DNA of 64,000 nucleotides from Stegostoma tigrinum (taxonomy: Eukaryota). Both the position numbers and the translations under genes were made by a program. The stretch spans positions 13,741,342 to 13,805,341 of the forward strand of contig NC_081391.1 in the NCBI RefSeq assembly GCF_030684315.1, written 5' to 3'. How positions within the stretch are numbered: the stretch's first letter is position 1; every line of letters starts with the position of its first letter. This document shows, piece after piece, positions 24,246 to 35,900 of the stretch. The notes beneath the pieces are model-generated. The model saw nothing but the letters and a program-made list of their open reading frames with translations. It was not told where the DNA came from and did not search any database.

Positions 24246-24428
24246 AGGTCAAAGGTCATTCAGCAATTCCATCATCCACCAGTTGTCAATTCTGGTTTCT
24301 GGATCCAATTCCCATCCTGCACTGATTGGACGTGGCAACTGATCAATTGATTAACAAGAGTGATTGGCCATCACTGATGATGTCATTTCCTGCTCAAAAA
24401 ATGAGGGTCTTCTCCTGGAGTATAAATA
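24246..24428 (+). promoter_or_regulatory. Proximal promoter of ferritin copy D
   Basis: Perfect DR1 AGGTCAAAGGTCA 24246-24258, two ATTGG boxes, TGATGTCATTTCCTG, TATAAATA 24421-24428. Confidence 0.72.
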
Positions 24429-24523
24429 GAGCCCAATGGCATTGCTATTTTAGGTGTAGCTGGTTTTCTTTCTATATTTATAATTTGGTTTTGTTGGATA
24501 AGGAAAGCTGTTTCTATCACAAA

Positions 24524-27500
24524 ATGGCCTCCCAGATCAGTCAGAACTATCACCAGGATTGTGAAGCTGCTGTCAACAAGCAGATTAATGTGGAGCTCAC
24601 TGCCTCCTATCTCTATCAGTCTTTGGTGAGTGCTGTCCCTGTGGGGTTGGAGTTACTTCTGTTATGAAGTGAACTGTTTTTTTTTAAAACAAACTAGATT
24701 AATACTCTTGTATAATAAAATGTGAGGCTGGATGAACACAGCAGGCCAAGCAGCATCTCAGGAGCACACGTTTAGCTTTTGTGCTCCTGAGATGCTGCTT
24801 GGCCTGCTGTGTTCATCCAGCCTCACATTTTATTATCTTGGAATTCTCCAGCATCTGCAGTTCCCATTATCTTTAACACTCTTGTAGACTTGTTTGTTTT
24901 TTTTTTTGTATCTCTCTTAGCTATTTCTTGATTCAGCGTAAATGTGGTGACAATGGGATATGATACTGATATGCAGCAACTGAGGCCCCAGTTGTCTCAA
25001 TGATATATGGAGGGTGAAGCATCTTGTGATTTATCTTAAAATTCCTTTTTGGGCTGTGATTGCCTATAACTGGCTGTGGCTCTCCATAATTTTCTAAACT
25101 ACTGTCAAGCTTTGATCCAGATAACCATTGGCTAACTACCTTTTTAAATCTGCCTTGATGTATCTGCTTTAGTTTTGTGCATGTAAATAAACAAACATAC
25201 TGGTTTTGGTATTTACAATAAGGTGTTGTAGTAATTTGACAAATCAGATTTTTTTAAGCTGAACTGAAGTCCTTGAGGTAAGACAAGCTGCTCCCTGCTT
25301 AAGTAGGTCTCCGATATTATTTTGGCTTTCTGTGCTCTATATCATGAAGTGGGTTTGATCCATCACTTCACAACCTATAGAAAGTTGACTTGTTATAGGT
25401 GCCTGCCCCCCCCGACCCCCCCGCCCCCAAAAGGGGGCTGCTGGAACATGCTGAGGCTATTGACCCAGAGGTGAAGAAATAAATGTTCTTCCTTTACCAT
25501 TTAACCAGATAAAGAAACAAACTGGCTCCTCCCACCATGTGGTGGTGCCCCTGTGCCCTTCCAAGGAGTAGAATGTGTTCAGAAGGTGTTGAGGTCCCCT
25601 TGGTGAGTGCTGCAGGGGACCTGGTAGATAATGGACCCTGAAAGGAGGTGGTGAATGCAGTCCCCACGAAGTGGGCTGCTCTGTCCTGGATGGTGTCTGC
25701 TTCTTGCACGTTGCAGCTCCACTTTTCTCCAGACACATGGAGAATATTCATCACTCTCTGGGCTTGTGCCTATTGGAAGGAAGTCCTATCTAGGGACATG
25801 AGGATAAAGTCCCTATAACTACCTTTTTGGGAGGTGGGAATAGCTTTAACTAGTGAACCAATTGTTGGGTTTTAGTCACTGACCACTGTCCCAACTCAAT
25901 AGGGAATCTTGTGTGCTGATAATAAAATCCCCACTATTCTTCACCTTCTACAACTTAACTACCCAATTAAACCACTTTTTTAAACTTTTAGTTTGTATTT
26001 GAGGATTAAACTAACTTCTCACCAGGATTCTACCAAAGAACAACTTCTTCTTTTGATGTCAATAGACTGTTCCTAATCAGCAGTAACTTGTTGGATTGTG
26101 AATCTCAGTTGAAAAGTGAGTGAAATGAGTGGGGAAAACAATAGTTTAGCCTCTTGGAATAAGCTAAATTGAGCTCTCCAGCTTTGAACAAGTCAATAAT
26201 CTATAGGTCACACAGTCCTGCAGATACCATTAGGTCTCCTGAACATTTGATCTTGTTTCAGTTGTGAATTTTAATGCTTTGCTTTGCAAGCTTCTGGCAA
26301 CCTGAGTGCATGGCATAAACAAATGTGATAAACTATTGCTGCAACAAGCCAAAGGCTGTCACTGGGCAGGCTCTCCTTTAGCACCAAGATTCTCCTAATC
26401 GCCCTCATTCTCCTGCATACTGCAAACAGCATCTCTTGTAGAGCTGCTTTATGTAAAAAAAAATACAGTACATCTGATCCAATTGGTTGCAGAAGACCTG
26501 TACCTACCAGCTATATTAATGTCCAGCATCTGCATGTTACTCTAGCACCAGGGGAGACATGTAATGACTGGAAGTTGCCTGACCCTGTGCACATCCTGCA
26601 TTCCAGCTCCTGGCACTTGTTTAAACCCTATTCAGTTACCACTTCCATCCATTTCTGGAGGCTAGATGGTAGAAATGTGCTTTCAGCTTTTCTCTCCAGG
26701 CTGTGCCAGACACCCCCCCCCCCCAAACAATTCAGCAGGGTTTACAAACCAAAACACTGAATTTGCATCTTACGTGGAAGAAGCTGGGGTTGTTTGGTTT
26801 CCTCCAATTAAAGGAGCTGCTGGCTAATTTTGCAACACCATTAGTGAACATTGTAAGGTGTCAACAATTTTCAGCTGATTGAATCATTAGTTTGCTTTAG
26901 ACTAAACCAGTCCTCCAGTTCTGAGCATGAGAAATGGGGTCAATGATGTGTTTAATGGGCTTTAACATGTTATCTCCCTTCTAGATGTCCTACTTTGACC
27001 GGGATGATGTTGCCCTCACCCATGTCTCCCGGTTCTTCAAAGATCAGTCCCAGGAGAAGCAGGAACATGCAGAGAAGCTGCTGAAATTCCAGAATCAGCG
27101 TGGAGGCAGAGTCCTCCTCCAGGATGTGAAGGTTGGAGTTTGGGAGGGGGGCATGGTGTGGTGTGCAGGAATGGTAGCTCATGGTGTTTTCTGTTAGTAG
27201 TGACAAGATTTTAATGTGGTAAAGGATGTGAAGGTTGGAGTTGGAGAAGGCAGGCAGTGGGGAGGAGATGTGAGAAATGGCTGCTTATGGTGTGGTTTCA
27301 TGTCCTGAAAGAAAGTGAAAACTGTTTTGTTTGGCTCCCCTCCTTTTGATGAAAAGGAAAGAAATCCTAGAAACACGCCTCTTGGCTCCCCTCCACCTGC
27401 TGCTTCTCCACCCCCCCCACCCCCGCCCCCCCACACCACCCCACCCCATGCTGACCCGATAAACACCAAACCACATTAATCCCATTTACTGCACTTGGTC

Positions 27501-29387
27501 TACAGCCCCCATGGCATTGGTAGTTGTCTAGAAGCTGCTTAAATATTGCAGCAGGAGATGCCTCCCCCACTGCCCCACCCCCCCCATATTATTTTTCCAC
27601 TACCCTCTGGGCAAAGGATTCCTCTAACCTGCTGACTCCTCACATCAGTGCCCTCTGGTCTTAATGTCTCTTTCTCCCCACCCCCTCATAGCAGACACTC
27701 CCCATCTACTATCAAGACTCCACACTAATCAAATGCCATCACATAAACATCTCAACTGACTTCACTCTGAGGATTGGAGTGAGAAATCTAATCTCTCCTT
27801 TTAATGGATTTTTCAGTCTTGGGGCAACATCCTGGTGACCCTTCCAGTGCCATTGTGGCTCTGGTCACCACACAGTATTCCACCTTTGCATGGCCAATGC
27901 TGCAAAGTTTGTGACAAGACTGGAGTCCCTGTACTGCGCCCCAAGAAATGGGGAAGGGCATTGTGGAAGCCAACTTCCCCACCCTGTCTACACTTATGGA
28001 TCCTTGAAATATCTCTAGTCTTGTTCTCTTGGTTCCTTTTATTGTCAACATATTGCTGTCCCTTCAATGAATTAAATAGTAGTGATGCTTTTGATCATTC
28101 AGGTCAGTCCGAGATGAAGCCATAAGCACAAGTGGGACTTCAACCTGGGCCTATGCTCCAAACCTAGGGACAGTACCACTGCTTAACGAGCCCTGGGATT
28201 AAGTTGTGAATATCTTCCTTGGGATGCCATCAGATGGGCACTGACAATTCTGTGCAAACATAACTCTTATCCCCACTATGACCTGGTTGTGAATTGACTC
28301 TCCTTTCGGAAGAAGCAAATAGGGCTAGGTGAAAGCAATTCCTTAAATAACTGATCTGTTCTTCCTAAGGACTTCAGGGATGGCGGTGGTTAGCACAACT
28401 GCATCAGTGCTTGGGGCACAAGCTTAATTCTGGAGTTGACATGTTCACCACATCTCTACATAGGCTTCCTCCCACAGTCCAAAGATGTGCAGGGTAGGAT
28501 AGGGCATGAAAAATGCAGGATTACATGGCTGGGGCTAGGACCAGGTTGGATGCTCTTCAGATGGTCATGAGTGGGCAGAATGGCCTGATGCATGCTGCAG
28601 GGATGTTGTTTCTGAGGCTTACCTGTCCTTCTTTCCATCCTCAGAAGCCAGAGAGGGATGAGTGGGCAACAGTCTGCAGGCGCTGCAGGTTGCCCTGGAT
28701 CTGGAGAAGAATGTGAACCAGAGTTTGCTGGATCTACACCAACTCTCCACGGCCCAGACTGACCCTCATGTAAGCTTCACCACTTCATTCTCATCACTGC
28801 GAGACCCTCAGGGTAACACTTCATTGGTTGGTCTGTGTGGATTGGAAATTCACAGGTGTGCACTGATCACTTTGGGTCCATGCTGCTGAGCAGTTGTTAC
28901 ATGGTGATCAGTAATGAAGTGAAATGGGAGTTTGGAAGGCAATCCATTGGGAGTGATGAAGTGATATTGGCCATTGAATTCCCATTCTCACTTGGGAGCA
29001 TTACAGTGGAATGATCATTGTCCATCACCATCCAACTCAGCTCCACTTCACAAGCAGCAAGATGGAGCAGCTGAAATCCTATTGTCATCACCGACACAGA
29101 TTTTCCAGGTGTTAGCTAAATTTTCAGGGCTGTCTGGAACTAGTATGGTAAAGCCTGTTTTTTTCAGTGGGAATTCTGAAATTGTCTTGGATAGTGTTAA
29201 TGCACCCAGTTGTCATATTCCTCTGTTGCAGCTGTGTGACTTCCTGGAGAATCACTATTTGGATGAGGAGGTGGAGATCATCAAGCAACTCGGGGACTAC
29301 ATCACCAACCTGAAGCGCCTGGGAGCCCCTGAGAATGGGATGGGAGAATACCTGTTTGACAGGCTCTCCCTGGAGGACAGCAGTTAG
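24524..29387 (+). pseudogene. Ferritin copy D; 1-bp deletion frameshift in exon 3
   Basis: Exons 24524-24625, 26985-27131, 28645-28769 (125 nt instead of 126), 29232-29387. GAGTGGGCAAC replaces GAGTGGGGTAAC, giving [23 protein letters not shown] (stop 28714-28716). Confidence 0.85.
24713..24872. mobile_element. Short palindromic Penelope-derived element with 14-bp TSD in intron 1 of copy D (central ribozyme region deleted)
   Basis: Near-perfect inverted arms. TSD TTAATACTCTTGTA 24699-24712 / TTAACACTCTTGTA 24873-24886. The site is empty in D' at ~60057-60070. Confidence 0.87.
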
Positions 29388-30153
29388 TGTGGCCTGGAGT
29401 ACTGTCTGCTTGGTCTGAATGCATTCCCCACTTCACCCTGGACAACCTGTCTCCTTCCAAGGAGAAGGGACTTTTGTAGCAAAGAATGTAATGGCTGTAC
29501 CAGCTAAATGGAAATGAATAAAATGATGTGTTGATCTTGCTTATTGTCCATCATTCAGAGCTCTGAATACTTTGGGTGATAGCTCTTGCTTGAAGCCAAT
29601 TCGTTTTCTGTCATTTGATTGGTCCAATTTCTAATTGGATTAGGCAACCCTTCACAGAATAGCTCACTATCCCCACATTAGAATGTAACTCGATGGAGTG
29701 TTTTTTTTGGTTAGTCCTGTGGAAATTGAAGGTGTTTCTCCTCCAAATAGGATAAGGTTGGAATTTGTCAATTGTGGCATTGGCTTTCTTCTAGAGGACA
29801 ATTAGTGCACTTCTGGAGATGGTGGGTTCAACTGTAGCTCAAAGCAATTGTCTTCCTCTGGTGACAGGAAGTTCCCACACCTTCTAAATAGACTTCTCTA
29901 CCCAGCCTGATAGAATTTGGGATAGTGGTGTTCAATTGCACATTTCCCTTAATCTCTTCCCCGCCTCAGCCATCCTGCGTACTCAATTATTGCCTGAATG
30001 ATGACAGCAACACAAAGTGAAGACAGCCCTTTATCTACTGACCCAGCTGCCTGATCACCAAGGTCTAAAGGAAGAGGCCCAGCAGGCTCTGATTTCAATC
30101 CAGCTGGCGGAAGCAGCAGAGGTGTGAAACAATCTCAACTGCCTGGTATATCT

Positions 30154-30338
30154 GAGATAATGGGAACTGCAGATGCTGGAGATTCCAAGATAATAAAATG
30201 TGAGGCTGGATGAACACAGCAGGCCAAGCAGCATCTCAGGAGCACAGGCTCTGATGAAGGGTCTAGGCCCGAAACGTCAGCTTTTGTGCTCCTGAGATGC
30301 TGCTTGGCCTGCTGTGTTCATCCAGCCTCACATTTTAT
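30154..30338. mobile_element. Short palindromic Penelope-derived element with perfect 14-bp TSD
   Basis: TSD TGCCTGGTATATCT at 30140-30153 and 30339-30352. Inverted arms flank CTGATGAAGGGTCTAGGCCCGAAACGTC. Confidence 0.88.
30241..30290 (+). ncRNA. Putative minimal type I hammerhead ribozyme (Penelope type)
   Basis: Stem I GGCU, CUGAUGA (30251-30257), extra A, stem II GGGU(CUAG)GCCC, GAAA, C GUC (predicted cleavage after 30278), then AGCU. Helix III is reduced to the palindrome ACGU, as in PLE hammerheads. Confidence 0.65.
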
Positions 30339-32645
30339 TGCCTGGTATATCTCTTCTTTTTTTTTTTCCCCCCATTGGGCCCTACCCTGACCAATAAACA
30401 CTATATTCTCAGTATTGTTACTTTTGGTTTCACCATCCCAAACTGTGGCTGGAGCTCTTTCTCTTCCGCTTCTCCCCACTTCGCTCACCCCGCCCTCCCC
30501 CCACCCGACCTTTTCTATCCACGTGCCCCACCAGCCTAAACATTCACCACAGCCCCTTTCCCTGGGAGTCAGCTCAAGACGTTCACCTGAACTGTACTGG
30601 ATTATAATGTAGGGCCTCATTGCTGCTTACAGCAGGATAACAGGGACCTGGGAAGAACACAGCAATGCACTTGGTTAAATGCTGCTGTTTGATTGGCTCT
30701 TGTTGCTAATGCCAGCATTGAGCACACTAAGCTGCTCCCTTGGTTCCTCTGAGCTTTCCCCCATGGTGAACATTACTCCTGATGCAGGTTGATTGGGTGA
30801 AATCACATTGAAGGAGCAAAGTGGCTCGGAGAGGAGACATGGAGATGCTGACTTTCCTTTACGGCTGCTTCTTTTATCTTTCAAGGTGTCAGAGATCATG
30901 GGTTCGTGAGGGTGCGATCTGAGACATCCTGAGGATTGTTCCAGGGAGTTTTGTAGCGGGTGTACACTGCAGCCTTCATCGAGGTTGGCGGGGGGGGTGC
31001 TGCAGAGTCAAAAGGCACTCAACATATTTGTTCCAACCTCATAAAGCAATTTATTTTTGGTGAAAATAAGTCTAGGCTACAGTAACCCTCAAGTGCAGGA
31101 AGGGACCATTAGGCCCATTAAATCTGCATAGACCTTCTGAACAGCATCCTCCTTAGACCCAACCCCTTTGCCTTAACTCCACATTCCCCATGGTTATTCG
31201 ACCAAGCCTGCATGCCCCTGCTCACTATCGACAATCTGCAAATCGTCGGGCTGTGTGAGGAAACTCAAGCACCTGGAGGAAATCCACGCAGTCCATCGCC
31301 CAGGGGTAGAATCGAACCTGGGTCCCTGGCACTGAGCCGCCAAAACATTCTAAAGTACCAAAGGAAAGGAATACACTGCGGCAAACTACGCCATGGGAAT
31401 AGACTCTGCAGCGCAGCCCGAACTTGCAGACCAGGTTTTCATAAACTGTGTAGTGCCATTTGCCTACGTTTGGCCCATCTTTCTCTAAACCGTTCCTTTC
31501 CATGTAAATCTCCAAATGTCACTTAAATGTTGTAATTCTATCCACCTCTACCACTTCCTCTGGCAGCTCATTCCATACACGCAACACCCTCTGTGTGACA
31601 ATGTTGTCACTCACGCCCCTTTTAAATCTTGCCCCTCTCCCCTCAAACCGGTGCCCTCTAGTTTTGGAACCCCCCTACCCTGTCCCAGCATGCTTTTTAT
31701 ATACAGTCAATCTTGAGTGTGCCAATGGCAAGGCTACATTTAGTGCTCAGCAACTGTTACACTCCAGGAGGTGGTGATGAGCTGCTTATTACAGTCCACC
31801 TGGTGTCGGAGAGACCGGAATGATGCTGCTGCTGCTGCTGTTGCTGAGGAGGGGCTCCTGGGATTTTCATTCACAAACAGGGATAGTGTTCCAAGTCAGG
31901 ATGGTGACAGAGTTACATGGAGCTGCTTGAGTGTCGTTGGTGCTGCCTCCAGCGAGAACATTGTAAACTAATTCCAGCACTACTCCCAACTTCAGCCTTA
32001 TTGAGGGTGGGCAGGTTTTGGAAACTCAGGAGTTGAGTACTTCCTGACAGAATTCCCAGCATCTGAATTCCCAGTTTCTGAGCTGTACCATCGAGAGAAC
32101 GCAATGTAAACTGAACCAGAAATTCTTCACTTGGAAACATGCTGGGGTGAATCACTAGTTCTACTTCAAACAACGAAAACGAAACTGGGAGACAGAAATG
32201 TTCAACGTGCGATACATTTCTAGCAGCAACTGAGGCATAGAGGCCTGAGGCCTACTGTGTAGAAGAGGCACTCAGCACATTTAGCGTTTTGCTTTTCAAA
32301 CTGGGCTTCAAGGTCAAGGTCAGGGAGATCACATCAGATGCAGAATGGATCCACAAAGTACATCAGTTGCCTGTTTTAGATGATCCAAAAGCACATTATT
32401 TCTGTTGCTGCACAGAAATAGGAAAATGTTCAGATCAACCAAATCGAGCCATTTTTCAAAGAGCTCCAACACCAACGTTCAAAAATTATTACGACTAATC
32501 CCTCAGAATAGCAATCCGACAGAATTCTGCAAATCTGTGATGAATGTGTCTTAACGCACAACCTCAGATAGAAAAGTGAAGTTTTAGAGTATATTTTATT
32601 CTCATTTTCAGGGAGATGTCCTTCCAGAATTTGCACTTGTGCGGG

Positions 32646-32834
32646 AGGTCAAAGGTCATTTCAGCAATTTCATCATCAACCAGTTGTCAATTCTGATTGG
32701 GTTTTTGACCCAATTCCCATCCTGCGCTGATTGGATGTGGCAGCTGATCAATTGATTAACAAGAGTGTTTGGCCATCACTGATGATCTCATTTCCTGCTT
32801 CAGAAAATGAGTGTTGGCTCCTGGAGTATAAATA
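32646..32834 (+). promoter_or_regulatory. Proximal promoter of ferritin copy E
   Basis: Perfect DR1 32646-32658, ATTGG ~32730, TTTCCTG, TATAAATA 32827-32834. Confidence 0.72.
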
Positions 32835-32920
32835 GAGTCCCACAGGAGGCATGTTTACTGTTGCTCTTAACTTTGTCATTTTTCTGGGGAGGAAAATAAA
32901 GCAAGTGTTTCCTTTATAAG

Positions 32921-35900
32921 ATGGCCTCTCAGATTAGTCAGAACTATCACCAGGATTGTGAAGCTGCTGTCAACAAGCAGATTAATGTGGAGCTCACTGC
33001 CTCCTATCTCTATCAGTCTTTGGTGAGTGGAGTCTCTGTTGGGTGAAACATACTTCTGTTCTGTTGAAGTAAACTCTTCCCCTTGGATGTAATTAAGTTG
33101 TCTATCTTATAGACTGAGTTTTGTGGCTCCTACCCCTTTCTCAATGCAGGATGAGTGTGATGTTATTATAACAATAGTTTGGTGCCTAATGTTACTGTAA
33201 CTTGGGTCCCAGTTGGTTGTCAGTGAGATGTGGAGTGTTCTTGTAGTTACTTGCCTGTCCCATGATGGTGCTGTGACTGGTGGTAATTATCGCTTCCTGT
33301 GACTGTTTGAAACTTGAGGGAACTAATTTAAAAATGAATTGGGACTCACCATTGTGGGAATGGAAGCACCATCAGCTAGTCATTGCTTTTCTTTTCCCTC
33401 TTGTATCCTTGTTTCTATTTGAATCTTGTGGGGATCTGAAGTAAACCTGCCAATTGATACTGAGAATCTTGGTTTCCTATTGCAATCAGCTTAGAATAGG
33501 CTTGTTCTTGCCCTGCAGAGCGGGGCTGAGAGGTGGCAAATGGAGTTTAATGCAGACAAGTGTGAGCTGATGCACTGTGTTAGGAGTAACCGGAAGGCAA
33601 AGTACAGGGCTAATGGTAAGATTCTTGGTCGTGTAGATGAGCATAGAGATCTGTGTCGATAGGTAGACACGGATTGTTGAAAGTTGCCACCCAGGTTGAC
33701 AGGGCAATTAAGGCAGTGTTTTGTCTTTTATTAAGAGGATTGAGTTCTGGAACCAAGAGGTTATGGTGAAGCTATCCAAAAACTCTGGTGCATACAGTTC
33801 TGGTCACTGCATTATAAGGATGTGAAGCTTTGGAAAGGGTGTAGAGGAGATCTGCTAGGATGTTTCCTGGTATGGAAGGAACATCTTATGAGGAAAGGCT
33901 GAGGGACTTGAGGCTCTCTTCATTAGAGAGAAGAAGGTTGAGAGGTGACTTAATTGAAACATATAAAATAATCAGAGAGGGCTAGTTCGGGTGGATAGGG
34001 AGAGCCTTTTTCCTAGATGGTGATGGTGAGCATGAGGTGGGGTAGCTTTAAATTGAGGGCTGATAAATATAGGACAGATGTCAGGGGTAGTTTCTTTACT
34101 CAGTAAGGGAATGCAATGCTTTGCCTGTGACAATAGTAGATTTGCCCACTTTAGGTACACTTAAGTCATCATTGGATAAGCAAATGGGCGTACATGGAAT
34201 AGTGTAGGTTAGATGGGCTTGAGATCAGTATGACAAGTCGGCACAACATCAAGGGCTGAAGGGCCTGCACTTGGCTGTTATGTTCTATGCTCAGATTAAA
34301 CTGGGTGAGGTTGTGACTCTTATCTGATTCAGCAGATCTCCATTTGAGATCTACCTTGCTTTTCTTCATACTCATGAGGTGGGTGTGGGCTGTCTGTATG
34401 TCAAGTGTTGGAGCTTTTCAAAGGCACAGCACTGCCATGGGGCTGAGAATGTACTGACCCAGTGACTCTGGTAAAAAGTTTGTGCCCGTTGTATTTGGCC
34501 TGATTCTAAACTAACTGGACCCTCTTTCCCCAGGTGGGGTGCTTGTGCCCTTCCAAGGGGTAGAAGGTGTTTACGTAACCTTGGTGTTTGTTGCAGGGTG
34601 CTCTCTGGGCTTGTCCCTGTCAGCAGGAAGTCCCCCTCCTGATGAGGATCAAGCCCCTGTCAGCCCCAGTTTGGGAGGGGGAACAGCTTTCATTGAGCCA
34701 GCAGTTGGGTTTTAATCACTGACCCATTGTCCCAACACACCTTGTAAGCATGTGCCAGGAATGAAATCCTTACTATTCTACATCTTCTAACTGCACATTT
34801 AAATCGCAAAGATAAATTGTGCTTGTGTTTGCATTTGAGAATTGAAGCAACTTTTTTCAGCAGGATTTGTAAGAATGTGCTTGTTACTGGCTGCTTCCAA
34901 TAGCAGACCTGCTAAACCTCAATACATTGAATTGTGAACATCCTGGTTTAGAAATCTACAGGACTTTGCCTGTTGGATTAAGTCAACAGTGGTTTTTCCA
35001 GGTTAATGAGGGATCTTGTCTGGAGAGTAGTTGATCTGCAGATCACTGTCATATTTGTCATGTGATCAGTTTGTTTTGTCAGTCTTTGTTTCATGTGTAA
35101 TGGTACAAGTTGCTAGCAGTCTGAGTCAGTGCAGCTGTTTTAGATGCAACAATAAACTGTTGCAGTAACAACCCAAAGGCTGTCCTTAGGCAGGCTTTCC
35201 TTGGCAGATTCTTGGAGCTAACATCCTTCATTCATCTCCTCCTCCCCCCCCCCCCCAGCCACCCCAATACTGCAGTTCTTGTCAAACTAATAGATACAGT
35301 GCATCCAATTGCATTGATCCTGACTCAGCAGAAAATGTGCTTCTTCCAAGCTGTTAATTGCAGTGTCTAGGATCTGTTTTCTGGTCTTTGCCAAAGCAGC
35401 AATACAGTGCCCTGCAGCTGTTCTATTGGTGTACATCCTGCACTCCAGCCCCTGGCATTTCTTGAAACCCTATTCAATCAAAGATTTATCCCATTTCTGG
35501 TGGAGGTTAATCAGTAAAAACATCAATTCACACTTATTCTCACCAAATGCTGTGCCAGACCCTGGAGTTTCAAACCAAAATAAAACACATGGTATTTACA
35601 GCTTACTGGAGGAAGCTGGGATTGTTTTGATTTTTCCAATTCAACAGCAACTGTTCAAAACTGGGTTCTGAATTGTTAATGCATCAGGTACTTAACAGCT
35701 TATTGTCAGTTTGATTTTGAGAATGCTCAACTAGCCCTGTAGTTCTGAACTGAAATTGGCCCATGACTTGTTAATGGACTTTACCTTGTTCTCCCTTCCA
35801 GATGTCCTACTTTGACCGGGACGATGTTGCCCTTCCCCATTTTTCCCAGTTCTTCAAACATCAGTCTCAGGAGAAGCGGGAACATGCAGAGAAGCTGCTG

